From IMG/VR virus record IMGVR_UViG_3300049436_000151, positions 1-48,106 of that record: 48,106 nt of DNA; one strand, given 5' to 3'. Source of the stretch: a virus. Lineage: Duplodnaviria; Caudoviricetes. Each line of letters begins with the position of its first letter. The first letter of the stretch is position 1. The notes beneath the pieces are model-generated. The model saw only the letters and a list, made by a program, of their open reading frames with translations. It was not told the DNA's origin and made no database searches. A program made the position numbers and the translations under genes. Positions 27,135-36,899 of the stretch are shown in pieces.

Positions 27135-28418
27135 ATGCAGCTACCGCACCTGGCGTCCCGTCTGTACGGGACGCCGCTCCTTGTCGCCCGTTCCAAACTC
27201 GACATCATCCTGGCGGTGTTGGGTGATCGCATCGGTTGGCCGGAGCCTAAAGCCGGTCTGCCGATTCCGCCGCCACGTGGTTTGCCCGATGCACCGCCCG
27301 GTATTGCTGTGATTCCCGTCTACGGCACGCTGGTTCGGCGCTCGCTCGGCATGGAAGCGGCGTCCGGGCTTACGTCCTATGGCGAGATCAGCGCGATGCT
27401 CGACGCGGCGCTGTCCGACCCGAGTGTTACCGGCATCCTGCTCGATGTGGATTCCCCCGGTGGCGAAGCCGGTGGCGTGTTCGAACTCGCCGGGCGGGTG
27501 CGTGCCGCCGATGCGGTGAAACCGGTCTGGTCAATCGCTTCTGACTCGGCATTCTCAGCGGCCTACGCCATTGCCTCAGCGGCGTCGCGGGTTTATGTGA
27601 CGCAGACCGCCGGGGTCGGCTCGATCGGCGTCATTGCCATGCACGTCGATCAGTCCGCGCGTGACGCCCAGGAGGGCTATCGCTACACGGCCATTACCGC
27701 CGGCGACCAGAAGAACGATTTCTCTCCCCACCAACCGCTCGACAAAGAGGCTTTGACACGGCTGCAGGCCGAGGTGGACAGGCTCTACGGCATCTTCGTC
27801 GATCACGTGGCCGTGATGCGAAACCTCGAACCGCGTTTCGTTCGCTCCACCCAAGCCGGGCTGTACTTCGGCCCGGAAGCCGTAACCGCAGGGCTTGCGG
27901 ATGCCCAAGGCAGTTTCGATACGGCCCTCACCGACTTCAGTGCATTTCTGGCGGCACGTCGCTCACGAGGCTTTGCACCATCGGTAACGAGTAACGCGCA
28001 GTTCGCTTCATCCATCCCCATCAAGGAGGTATCACTCATGCCTGACCCGAACACCCCTGAAGTTATCCCTGATCCGGCAGCGCCAACGCTACCAACGGAT
28101 CCTGCACCGGTGCCGACCGAGCCGCAATCACCCAAGGACGATCCTGTCCAGTCGGCCATTGATGCCACCCGCGCCGCCACGCGCGCGGACGCCGTGGCCA
28201 TCGCGGAACTCTGCCAACTGGCAGGCCAGCCGCAGCGTATTGCCACGTTTCTCGCCGAAGGCGCCAGCGAATCTCAAGTGCGACGGGTCTTGCTGGCCTC
28301 GCGTGCCGAGAGCCCCGAGATCACTTCGGTGATCCATCCCGATGCGGCCAATAAGGCGGCATCTCCCGAGCAAAACCTGCTCATGAAAGCCGTCAAGAAA
28401 CTCACCGGAAAGGACTGA
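27135..28418 (+). CDS. S49 prohead protease (gpC-like) with C-terminal scaffold domain
   Basis: LDVDSPGGE, SAAYAIAS, GSIGVI; Pro-rich linker. Confidence 0.92.
   Translation: MQLPHLASRLYGTPLLVARSKLDIILAVLGDRIGWPEPKAGLPIPPPRGLPDAPPGIAVIPVYGTLVRRSLGMEAASGLTSYGEISAMLDAALSDPSVTGILLDVDSPGGEAGGVFELAGRVRAADAVKPVWSIASDSAFSAAYAIASAASRVYVTQTAGVGSIGVIAMHVDQSARDAQEGYRYTAITAGDQKNDFSPHQPLDKEALTRLQAEVDRLYGIFVDHVAVMRNLEPRFVRSTQAGLYFGPEAVTAGLADAQGSFDTALTDFSAFLAARRSRGFAPSVTSNAQFASSIPIKEVSLMPDPNTPEVIPDPAAPTLPTDPAPVPTEPQSPKDDPVQSAIDATRAATRADAVAIAELCQLAGQPQRIATFLAEGASESQVRRVLLASRAESPEITSVIHPDAANKAASPEQNLLMKAVKKLTGKD
28038..28418 (+). CDS. Nested in-frame scaffold protein (Nu3-like, 126 aa)
   Basis: AAGGAGGT SD at 28023-28030, 7 nt before an in-frame ATG. 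Confidence 0.65.
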   Translation: MPDPNTPEVIPDPAAPTLPTDPAPVPTEPQSPKDDPVQSAIDATRAATRADAVAIAELCQLAGQPQRIATFLAEGASESQVRRVLLASRAESPEITSVIHPDAANKAASPEQNLLMKAVKKLTGKD

Positions 28419-28421
28419 CCC

Positions 28422-28802
28422 ATGAATGCCATTAACGAACCCATCAATCTCGGCGATCTCCTGAAGTACGAAGAGGATTGCCTCAACTACTCACGCGAAC
28501 AGGTCTCTGTTGCTTCCGGGCAGAACCTGGAACTCGGTGCGGTCGTCGGCCGCGTCACGGTCACCGGCAAACTGAAACGCTTTGATCCGGTCGCCACCGA
28601 TGGCACCGAGGACGTCGCCGGCATTCTGCTGGGCGCGATCGACGCCACCCTGATCCAACGCGACGACGCCTTGCTACTCGCGCGTCACGCCATCGTTGCT
28701 TCGCACGCCGTGGTCTGGCCTGCCGGTATTACCACCGAGCAGAAGGCTGCAGCCATCGCCGCCCTCGAAGCGCGCGGCATCCTCATCCGTCAATCCGCCT
28801 AA
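28422..28802 (+). CDS. Head decoration protein (gpD-like)
   Basis: Between protease and capsid genes; YSREQV.VASG..L.LG.V.G...DG.E..AGIL. Confidence 0.85.
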   Translation: MNAINEPINLGDLLKYEEDCLNYSREQVSVASGQNLELGAVVGRVTVTGKLKRFDPVATDGTEDVAGILLGAIDATLIQRDDALLLARHAIVASHAVVWPAGITTEQKAAAIAALEARGILIRQSA

Positions 28803-28815
28803 GGAAATCATCACC

Positions 28816-29820
28816 ATGAACAATGTGTTCAACACGCCGGCCTTCTCGATGGCGGCCCTCACGTCCGCCATCAATATCATTCCCAACCGCTACGGTCGCA
28901 TGGAAGCGCTCAACCTGTTTCCGGCAAAACCCGTGCGTACCCGGCAGGTCATCGTTGAAGAACAAAACGGTGTGCTCAACCTGCTGCCCTCAATGCCGCC
29001 GGGGTCGCCCGGTACGGTCGGCGCGCGAGGCAAGCGCACCGTGCGCTCCTTCGTCATTCCCCATATCCCGCACGACGATGTAGTGCTGCCCGAGGAAGTC
29101 CAGGGCATCCGCGCCTTCGGCTCGGAAACCGAGATGGAATCAGTGGCCGGTGTCATGGCGCGGCATCTGGAGACCATGCGCAACAAGCATTCGATCACCC
29201 TGGAGCACCTGCGTATGGGCGCGCTCAAGGGCGTCATCCTGGATGCCGATGGCTCGGTGATCTACGACCTTTACGACGAGTTCGGCATCACTCCGGCCAC
29301 GGTCAATTTCGAACTCGCCGTCGCCGGCACCAACGTCAAGAAGAAGTGCGCCGATGTGCTGCGCCACCTCGAGGACAACCTTAAAGGTGAGTTCATGACC
29401 GGCATCCACTGCCTGTGCTCGCCGGAGTTCTTTGATGCCCTGACCGACCACGCCAAGGTGAAGGACGCTTACACGTACTGGCAGCAAGGTGCCGTGCTGA
29501 TCAACGACATGCGTGCCGGTTTCACCTTCGGTGGCGTGACCTTCGAGGAGTATCGCGGCCAGGCTACGGATGCCACGGGTGCGACGCGTCGCTTCATCGC
29601 GGCGGGTGAAGCACATTGCTTCCCGATCGGCACGGTGGACACCTTCAGCACCTACTTTGCACCGGCTGATTTCAACGAAACCGCGAACACACTGGGCCAG
29701 CCGCTGTACGCCAAGCAGGAACCCCGCAAGTTCGATCGCGGCACCGATCTGCATACCCAAGCGAATCCGCTGCCGATGTGCCATCGCCCGGGTGTGCTGG
29801 TGAAGCTCACAGCGGCCTGA
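28816..29820 (+). CDS. Major capsid protein (gpE-like)
   Basis: FS...LT.AIN..P, PHIPHDD, TLEHLRMGALKG, QANPLPMC.RP; AAGGA SD. Confidence 0.92.
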   Translation: MNNVFNTPAFSMAALTSAINIIPNRYGRMEALNLFPAKPVRTRQVIVEEQNGVLNLLPSMPPGSPGTVGARGKRTVRSFVIPHIPHDDVVLPEEVQGIRAFGSETEMESVAGVMARHLETMRNKHSITLEHLRMGALKGVILDADGSVIYDLYDEFGITPATVNFELAVAGTNVKKKCADVLRHLEDNLKGEFMTGIHCLCSPEFFDALTDHAKVKDAYTYWQQGAVLINDMRAGFTFGGVTFEEYRGQATDATGATRRFIAAGEAHCFPIGTVDTFSTYFAPADFNETANTLGQPLYAKQEPRKFDRGTDLHTQANPLPMCHRPGVLVKLTAA

Positions 29821-29825
29821 CGCAG

Positions 29826-30104
29826 GTGAACGTCGCCGACCTGTACGACGCTGCCGCGCGCTGCGGACTGCTGACCACCGTAAAGGTGGGTGCGGTCACG
29901 GTGCAGGCGGCGTTTCGTGCGCCGGATGACAGTGTGCTCGATGGGCTGGCGCTCTCACGTGACTACCAGATCGAATACCCGAGCGAGCGTCTGACGCTGA
30001 GCCAGGGCGATGCGGTAGAGATCGCTGGCCAGTCCTACCGGGTGCGCGAAGTGCGCCAGATTCGGGATGGTTCCGAGTCGGTAGCAACCTTGTCGAGGTT
30101 GTGA
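29826..30104 (+). CDS. Head-tail connector (gpFII-like)
   Basis: GTG start; GDAVEIAG.SYRVREV..DG.E; position after the capsid gene. Confidence 0.7.
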   Translation: MNVADLYDAAARCGLLTTVKVGAVTVQAAFRAPDDSVLDGLALSRDYQIEYPSERLTLSQGDAVEIAGQSYRVREVRQIRDGSESVATLSRL

Positions 30105-30541
30105 TGCAAAGCATCCGGGAACAGATCATTCAAACCGTGGTGCTCAGGCTCACCCCCGTTGCCTCGGCACAGGGAGCGACGATCCGTCGCCAGCCCACTG
30201 TGCCGTCCGATCGGGCGCAAATGCCTGCGCTCCTTGTCTTCCCAGAATCGGAAGCGGTACGCCGCGTCAATGATCGTACCGAGCGGGAACTGGTGATTCG
30301 CATCGTGGCGCTGGCAACGGGAACAGCGACGGAACTCCCTGAGCCCGTAGTAGATCGCCTGATGACCGCCGCACACGTCGCGCTGTTGGCCGACGTAACC
30401 CTCAGTGGCCTGGCGCTGGGGATGGAAGAAACCGACACCGACTGGCAGCAAGACGACTCCGACATGGACGTGGCGGCACTGCCATCCCGCTACCGCGTCA
30501 CCTACCGCACGCTGGCCCACGACCTCACCCAGAAAGGATAA
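30104..30541 (+). CDS. Tail terminator (gpU-like)
   Basis: SIREQII, PALLV, D.TL.GLA, YRVTYRT; position. Confidence 0.7.
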   Translation: MQSIREQIIQTVVLRLTPVASAQGATIRRQPTVPSDRAQMPALLVFPESEAVRRVNDRTERELVIRIVALATGTATELPEPVVDRLMTAAHVALLADVTLSGLALGMEETDTDWQQDDSDMDVAALPSRYRVTYRTLAHDLTQKG

Positions 30542-30545
30542 CCCC

Positions 30546-30746
30546 ATGCCGCAAATTGAACTTCTCAAGATCCACACCCATGCCGGCGTCGAGCATGACG
30601 TTGGAACCATCATCGATGTCGATGACGGCACGGCGAATTGGCTCATCGAACACGGCGTCGGCCAGGCAGCCACGTCTATAGAGCCCCGGCGCTCCCGCCA
30701 CAACGAAGCAACCCCGGCATCTCCTCTCACCTCAAACAAGGAGTAA
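30546..30746 (+). CDS. Small virion-module protein (66 aa)
   Basis: AAGGA SD; LLK.HTHAG....G..IDV....A.WL...GV. Confidence 0.6.
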   Translation: MPQIELLKIHTHAGVEHDVGTIIDVDDGTANWLIEHGVGQAATSIEPRRSRHNEATPASPLTSNKE

Positions 30747-30752
30747 CACCTC

Positions 30753-31487
30753 ATGACCTATTTCTCTGGACAAGGACGCGTTTTCATCGGTTCGCGTGAC
30801 ACCAGCGGCAATCCGCAAGGCCTCACCTTCGTCGGCAACGTCCCCGACCTCAAGGTGTCGCTCTCGGTCGAGACCCTGGAGCATCAGGAATCCCAATCCG
30901 GCCAGCGACTGACCGATCTGCAACTCATCAAGACCAAGAAAGGCGAGTTTGCCTGCACGCTGGAAGAACTCATCCAGTCGAATCTGGAACTCGCGCTTTA
31001 CGGTTCCACCACGGTCGTGACCACCGGCACCGTCACGGACGAGCCGGTCATTGCCGCAGCGGAACTCGGCAAGCTCTATTTGCTCGGCAAGCAAAACGTC
31101 TCCACTGTCGTGGTGAAGGCAGGAGCAACGACCGTGGCGGCTGGCAAATACACGGTCAATGCGAAGCACGGTTCGATCATGTTTACCGACATCACAGGCG
31201 TCACGGGTGCCATCGCGGCCAGCTACAGCTATGGGGCCGCCAGCGTCACAGCCATGTTCACGCAGCCGCTGCCCGAGCGCTGGGTTCGCTTCGAAGGGCT
31301 GAACACGGCGGACGCCAACAAGGAAGTCGTGATCGACCTCTACCGGGTAGCCATCAATCCGGCGAAAGACTTGTCGGTGATCAGCGCGGACTTGATGAAG
31401 TTCGAACTCTCCGGTCAAGTGTTGGCCGATCTGACCAAGGCGGCTGCGGGTGCGCTTGGCCAGTTTGGCCGCATCGTTCTGTTGTGA
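30753..31487 (+). CDS. Major tail tube protein
   Basis: YFSGQGRVFIG...VGNV...EH.ESQSGQRL.D, FEGLNTA; AAGGAG SD. Confidence 0.85.
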   Translation: MTYFSGQGRVFIGSRDTSGNPQGLTFVGNVPDLKVSLSVETLEHQESQSGQRLTDLQLIKTKKGEFACTLEELIQSNLELALYGSTTVVTTGTVTDEPVIAAAELGKLYLLGKQNVSTVVVKAGATTVAAGKYTVNAKHGSIMFTDITGVTGAIAASYSYGAASVTAMFTQPLPERWVRFEGLNTADANKEVVIDLYRVAINPAKDLSVISADLMKFELSGQVLADLTKAAAGALGQFGRIVLL

Positions 31488-31888
31488 TGACTGGCGACGC
31501 TTTTGCTGCGCTGCCGCCGGTGCCGGTGACGCTCGTCATCGGCGGCGAACGCCTCGAACTCACACCCCTCAGGGTCGGCGACGTGCCGGCCTTCGCTCGC
31601 GCCGTGCAGCCGGTGGCGGCCAGTCTGTCGGCGTCTCCCGACTGGCTGGCGCTCCTGGCCGAGCATGGCGAGGCGGTGATCGACGCGGTGGCCATCGCCA
31701 GTCGTCGCCCGCCCGAGTGGGTGACGAATCTGGCGCTCGACGAGGCCGTGCGTTTGACAGAAGCGGTATTCGAGGTGAATGCCGATTTTTTTATCCAGCG
31801 CGTGCTGCCGAGCCTGACCGAGGCGGCGACGCGGGTAAGCCAAACCCTCGGAGCCCGGATCCCTGGAGCGATGCAGTCCAGCGACTGA
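31487..31888 (+). CDS. Tail assembly chaperone (gpG-like)
   Basis: After the tail tube gene; VNADFF encoded over a T7 run. Confidence 0.8.
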   Translation: MTGDAFAALPPVPVTLVIGGERLELTPLRVGDVPAFARAVQPVAASLSASPDWLALLAEHGEAVIDAVAIASRRPPEWVTNLALDEAVRLTEAVFEVNADFFIQRVLPSLTEAATRVSQTLGARIPGAMQSSD

Positions 31889-32070
31889 TCGATGCGGGGC
31901 ATGCCTACGCCAGCATCCTGAATTACACCCTGGCGCAGGTCGATGCCTTTATCGCCGCCATCGATCGGCAGGAGTCGCGGCGTCTGGCGAATCTCCTGTC
32001 GGTCGTGAGTGTTGGGGCACAAGGCAGCAGTGATGCCATCAAGAAGTTCATGAGGCGCCTTGATGCTTAA
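31786..32070 (+). CDS. gpT-like extension reached by a -1 frameshift
   Basis: The -1 frame is open from the T-TTT-TTT heptamer to 32070 and encodes ...LIDAGH...YTLAQV.AF... Confidence 0.7.
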   Translation, partial: FFYPARAAEPDRGGDAGKPNPRSPDPWSDAVQRLIDAGHAYASILNYTLAQVDAFIAAIDRQESRRLANLLSVVSVGAQGSSDAIKKFMRRLDA

Positions 32071-32713
32071 GATTTCCCTGACTACTTCCGGCCTGCTCGA
32101 CAAATCCACGCTCGAGGCTTGGACGCGACAAAAACAGGCCGCTATTCACAAGGCTGTGGCCACGGGCATGCAAGCCGGCGGCAAGTCGGTGGCCGATGTC
32201 GTGCGCAGCAAAATGAAGTCCGATTTCACGGTCAAGAAAGCGGCCTTCGTGAATTCATTGCGCGCCAAGGTCTACGACCGCGACAAGGACAAACTACCCG
32301 CAGTTCTCATCGGCTCGAAGATTCCGTGGCTGGGTATCCATGTCCGGGGCGGAACCGTCTCGGGCCGGATGCTGATTCCGCTGACCGAGGAAGGCCGTCG
32401 CATCGGTCGTCGTGCCTTCAAGCGTGTGATCGATGCGCTGATTCGCTCCGGCAACGCGTACTTCATTCAGAAAGGCGGCCGCGTCATTTTGATGGCCGAA
32501 AACCTGCGCGAGAACGCGTCCTCTCTGGCGCGATTCAAGCGGGCCGAGCGCAAACGCACGGGTACCAAGAGGGTGAAGCGCGGCCAGGAAATCCCGGTCG
32601 CCGTCCTGGTACCCAACGTGACCATGAAGTGTCGCTTCGATCTGGCTGGCGTGGTACGGGGCCAGTTGCCCGTACTCGCCCGAGCCATTGAAACGCAACT
32701 CTCCAAGATTTAG
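32063..32713 (+). CDS. Basic tail-completion/neck-like protein (DUF6441-like)
   Basis: Lys/Arg-rich ~216-aa ORF just before the tape measure gene. Confidence 0.65.
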   Translation: MLKISLTTSGLLDKSTLEAWTRQKQAAIHKAVATGMQAGGKSVADVVRSKMKSDFTVKKAAFVNSLRAKVYDRDKDKLPAVLIGSKIPWLGIHVRGGTVSGRMLIPLTEEGRRIGRRAFKRVIDALIRSGNAYFIQKGGRVILMAENLRENASSLARFKRAERKRTGTKRVKRGQEIPVAVLVPNVTMKCRFDLAGVVRGQLPVLARAIETQLSKI

Positions 32714-32727
32714 GACCTGAGCCACCC

Positions 32728-35316
32728 GTGACCCAAGATCGTGCACAACTGCTGATTACTGCCGTCGATCAGACCCGATCGGCCTTCGATTCGATTCGCG
32801 GCAATCTCGCCAAACTCGGCGACGAGTCGAACCGGGTCAAGGGACTGCTGGCGGGCCTTGGCGTTTCGCTTTCGGTGGCCGGGTTCGCTGCCATGATCAA
32901 AGGTGCGATCGATGCGGCCGATCATCTCAACAAGCTCTCGCAGAAAATCGGCATTTCGGTGGAAGCGCTGTCGACCTTGCGCTTTGCCGCACAGTTGTCG
33001 GATGTGAGTCTGGAAGCCTTGCAGAAAGGCATCAAGAGCCTGTCGCAGAACATTACCGAGGCCAATACCGGCATCGGTGATGGGGCGCAGTTGTTCCAGG
33101 CACTCGGCATCTCCGTCAAGAATGCCGATGGCAGCATGAAGTCCACCGAGGATGTCCTGCTGCAGGTGGCCAACGTCTTCGCCAATCTGGAAGACGGTGC
33201 AGTCAAGACTGCGCTCGCTGTAAAGATTTTCGGCAAGAGTGGCATGGACATGATTCCGTTCCTGAATCAGGGGGCGGCCGGCATCAATCAACTCACGGCG
33301 GAAGCCGAACGCCTGGGTTTGAAGCTCACCACCGAAACGGCGCGTTCGGCGGAAGCGTTCAACGACAATCTCACGGCACTCAAAGCCTCGTCGTCAGCGC
33401 TCGGTATCACGCTGGCCCGCGATTTCCTGCCCGAACTCATCAACATCACGAATGCCATGCGCGAGGCGGCGAACGACTCGGGCAAGTTGAAGGCCATGTG
33501 GGTTGGTCTCGGCGGGGTCGGCAATCTCCTGTTCAACGGGACCGAAATCAAACAGGCACGTGACGAGGTCGCGCGCATTCAGGAGTTGGTTGATTCGACC
33601 CGCAAGAAGGTCGATACCGGCAAAGCGCCGGTGCCGTTCATGCCCTTCGATGTGAAGTTCAACGAAGGCGCGATGACAACGCTCAGGAAGAACCTCGCGC
33701 AATGGGAGCAGGAACTGGCGGCGTCGAAACAGCGGCTCGATGCGCTGACCAGCCCCAAGCGTCCGGACGAGAAGTCACCGACCGGAAAACCAACAGAAGA
33801 CATGCAGCGCATTGCGTGTGTCGTGTCCGGTGGCCAGTGGGTAAATGGCAAGTGCGAGAAGAAGTCCGCCGACGGCGCGGAGAGGGATGCCACCGGCGCA
33901 AAACTCGCCGTGGTCAAAGCGCAGGCAGAGTCCGAATTCAAAGTGCTGAAGGAAGGGCTCGATCTTCAAAAAGCAACCCTCGACCGTTCCCTCGATGACC
34001 GCCTGGTTTCCGTGCGCGACTACTACGCTCGCAAGACACAGATCGAGCAACAGGCCATCGACCAGGAACTCACGGCAAAGCAGCAGGAACTGAGCGCGCA
34101 ATCAGCGGTGGCCGTCGGGGGCAAGGATGAAGCGCAGCGCCTGCGTGCCAAAGCCGAGGTGAAGAAACTCGAGGGTGAGATCACCGTGCTCAATATGAAG
34201 CGCGGCGAGGTCGAGATCGCCAATGCACATGCTGCGGCCAAGGCCGAGAAGGAACTGGCAGACGAATTGGCTCGCGTGCGCGACCGCATGGCCGAGATCC
34301 GTGGCGGGGCCGGCGGCGATGTCACACGGGCACGGCTCGAGCGCGAATACCAGCCCCTGATCGAAAAGCTGCAACGCATGGGCGACACCACGGGTGCCGC
34401 CGATGTCGGCCGCCTGATCAATGTCGAAGCGGACATGGCGGAACTGGCGAAACTCGAGCGCCAGTATCAGAACGTCACCGACCGCATGAGCATTCGCGAA
34501 CGGGAACTCCAGGTGCAGAAGGATGCCGGGATGATTACCGAAACGCAGATGCGGCGCGAGGTGCTGACGGTGCACCAACAGACCGCTACCGAAGTGGAAG
34601 GCATGATCCCCAGGATGCAGGCCCTCGCCGCCGCGACGGGCTCAGAGGAAGCCATCAACCGGGTAGCCCGGCTCAAGGTGGAAATGGCGGGTCTCAAGAC
34701 CGTGGCAGATGACGTGGCTACACGCATCAACGGCGACGTAGAGAACGCCTTCACGACGATGTTCGAACAGATTGGGTCAGGTGCGAAATCAGCTTCCGAT
34801 GCGTTTGGTGACTTTGCCCGCTCGGTGCTCTCGGCCATCAACCGTATCGCGGCACAGAAGATCGCCGAGGAACTCTTTGGCGGCATGACCAAAGGTGGCA
34901 CAGGCGGATTGGGCGGTCTGGTGTCTGGCTTCTTCAAGTGGGCGGGATTCGCTGGTGGCGGTTATGTCACCGGTCCCGGTACTGCAACCAGTGACTCAAT
35001 CCCGGCACGTCTCTCCACCGGCGAATACGTACTGCGGGCGGATGCCGTGCGCCGCGTCGGTGTTGATTTCCTGCATGCCTTGAATGGCGGCCTGTCGGCG
35101 CCCCGGTGGAGCGGGCAACGACTGGCCTTCGCTGACGGTGGCCTGGTGCCGGCGGTATCGCCAGCGCCTAACGCTGCGCCCTCGCAATCGGTGCGCATCG
35201 TGAATGTCATCGACCCTGGCATGGCCGGCGACTATCTCAATTCCGCCGCCGGAGAAAAAACCATTCTTAACGTGCTTTCGCGTAACGGCTCGGCCGTGCG
35301 TGAATTGCTGAGGTAA
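32728..35316 (+). CDS. Tail tape measure protein (862 aa)
   Basis: LITAVDQT N-terminus, long Ala/Glu helical body, C-terminal FAGGGYVTGPGTATSDSIPARLS.GEYV. Confidence 0.92.
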   Translation: MTQDRAQLLITAVDQTRSAFDSIRGNLAKLGDESNRVKGLLAGLGVSLSVAGFAAMIKGAIDAADHLNKLSQKIGISVEALSTLRFAAQLSDVSLEALQKGIKSLSQNITEANTGIGDGAQLFQALGISVKNADGSMKSTEDVLLQVANVFANLEDGAVKTALAVKIFGKSGMDMIPFLNQGAAGINQLTAEAERLGLKLTTETARSAEAFNDNLTALKASSSALGITLARDFLPELINITNAMREAANDSGKLKAMWVGLGGVGNLLFNGTEIKQARDEVARIQELVDSTRKKVDTGKAPVPFMPFDVKFNEGAMTTLRKNLAQWEQELAASKQRLDALTSPKRPDEKSPTGKPTEDMQRIACVVSGGQWVNGKCEKKSADGAERDATGAKLAVVKAQAESEFKVLKEGLDLQKATLDRSLDDRLVSVRDYYARKTQIEQQAIDQELTAKQQELSAQSAVAVGGKDEAQRLRAKAEVKKLEGEITVLNMKRGEVEIANAHAAAKAEKELADELARVRDRMAEIRGGAGGDVTRARLEREYQPLIEKLQRMGDTTGAADVGRLINVEADMAELAKLERQYQNVTDRMSIRERELQVQKDAGMITETQMRREVLTVHQQTATEVEGMIPRMQALAAATGSEEAINRVARLKVEMAGLKTVADDVATRINGDVENAFTTMFEQIGSGAKSASDAFGDFARSVLSAINRIAAQKIAEELFGGMTKGGTGGLGGLVSGFFKWAGFAGGGYVTGPGTATSDSIPARLSTGEYVLRADAVRRVGVDFLHALNGGLSAPRWSGQRLAFADGGLVPAVSPAPNAAPSQSVRIVNVIDPGMAGDYLNSAAGEKTILNVLSRNGSAVRELLR

Positions 35317-35319
35317 CCC

Positions 35320-36126
35320 ATGGCCTTTACCAGTGGCACCGCCACCGATTATCTCGATCTGCTGAACCGCCTCAAGCAGTTCGTCACCCAGGACATGCTG
35401 CCAGCCAACGAGCGCTGGTCGGTGCTGCGCTGGGTACCCGGGCCACCGGCGGAACTGGTGTTGCAGGGACCTGGGCTCGCCGGCACCGACCAGATCAATG
35501 TCGGCATCCTGTCAGAAGCCGGAGCCGACTATGGCAACTGGAAAGTCCGTGGCTTCGTTGGCTGGAACGCGGCGCAGACGTTCGACGGGCAATACAACCC
35601 GGGTGGTCCGTTCTACGCACTCCTCATGGCCTCCGCCATGCCGTACTGGATCGTGGCCAATGGCCGGCGCATCGTCATGGTGGCCAAGACTGGCACCTAT
35701 TACGAAATGATGCACCTGGGATTGTTCCTGCCCTATGCCACGCCAGGACAGTACCTGTACCCCATGTTGATCGGTGGCACCTATAACGGATCGACGCGCT
35801 GGAGCAATTCCTACCAATACCGCAATCACCTGCCCAAGTCGTCGGGCTATTCGGGCGCGTATTACGCGCCGACCGGGGTCTGGACCGGCGTGTCGGCAAT
35901 GTGGCCGAGCAGTTGGGGCGGAACCATGCGCGAATGTCCGGACGGATCTTATCCGCTGCTGCCATTCATCCACATTGGTCTGGGAGAGATGGACGGCTGC
36001 TACGCCGTGCCGGGCTACGCCAACGCGGCCGAGAACATTATCAATGTCGGTGGCGTTGATCACCTGGTGGTACAGGATGTCTTTCGCACCGGTTACAGCG
36101 ACTACTGGGCCTTGAAGCTCGCGTGA
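35320..36126 (+). CDS. Tail-tip virion structural protein
   Basis: MAFTSGTA..Y.DLL, YWIVANGRR, LPYATP..Y.YP, GEMDG; resembles D3112-type tail proteins. Confidence 0.7.
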   Translation: MAFTSGTATDYLDLLNRLKQFVTQDMLPANERWSVLRWVPGPPAELVLQGPGLAGTDQINVGILSEAGADYGNWKVRGFVGWNAAQTFDGQYNPGGPFYALLMASAMPYWIVANGRRIVMVAKTGTYYEMMHLGLFLPYATPGQYLYPMLIGGTYNGSTRWSNSYQYRNHLPKSSGYSGAYYAPTGVWTGVSAMWPSSWGGTMRECPDGSYPLLPFIHIGLGEMDGCYAVPGYANAAENIINVGGVDHLVVQDVFRTGYSDYWALKLA

Positions 36127-36134
36127 GGTAATCG

Positions 36135-36893
36135 ATGGCATTCCAGTCTGGCATTACCACCTCCGCCAACGACCTGCTCGACAAGATTCGGCTCTTCGCC
36201 ACCGGTTCCTGCGGCTACGCGCAATTGATGTATCAGGCGGACGCAGGGTATTTCCGCCTGCATCTGCAACATGCCGCCAGCGGGCAGTTCGTCAACCTGC
36301 ATTCCTACGCGACCTATGTCTCGGGTTATGGCTCGACCAGTTTCAATAGCGGTCTGGCCTATGCGTCGCAGACCGTGGCCTCGGGCTCGTACTCGGTCAC
36401 GCAACTGTCGGGCAGTGCCGAGTACTTCCTCTTCGGCGGCGACGGCTGGTGTTACTGCATCGTGCAAACCGCGAGCACTACCTATGCGCCGTTCTTGTTC
36501 GGAGCGATCACCAAGACCTGCACATTTACAGGAGGCGCCTTCCTGTCGGATACCTACAGCACCTATATGCGGACCGACATCGACGGCAACACCAACAAAT
36601 GGAAGGTCGGCACCTCGGGGGTAGATGCCGTGCGGGCGTTCTATTCCGGCTATGCACGGCAACTGGATAGCTATGCGCCGATTGCGTTTAACGGTGTCAC
36701 GCCGCTGTATCCCGCGACCATCGAAGTCGGTCGTCCAACGCCGTCTGGCTTCTATTCGATGATGGGCTATGCCCCGGGTGCCCGGGTGCTGCGCATGAAC
36801 GGTCAGTACGTTAACAAGGACGTGGTTACCTTGGGTGGCAATGACTGGATGGTCTTCACCATGAGCTACGGCGGTTACGGGTTCTTGAAATGA
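36135..36893 (+). CDS. Tail-tip virion structural protein (paralogue-like of the preceding gene)
   Basis: MAFQSG...NDLL N-terminus like the upstream gene; Tyr/Gly/Ser-rich. Confidence 0.65.
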   Translation: MAFQSGITTSANDLLDKIRLFATGSCGYAQLMYQADAGYFRLHLQHAASGQFVNLHSYATYVSGYGSTSFNSGLAYASQTVASGSYSVTQLSGSAEYFLFGGDGWCYCIVQTASTTYAPFLFGAITKTCTFTGGAFLSDTYSTYMRTDIDGNTNKWKVGTSGVDAVRAFYSGYARQLDSYAPIAFNGVTPLYPATIEVGRPTPSGFYSMMGYAPGARVLRMNGQYVNKDVVTLGGNDWMVFTMSYGGYGFLK

Positions 36894-36899
36894 CGACTC

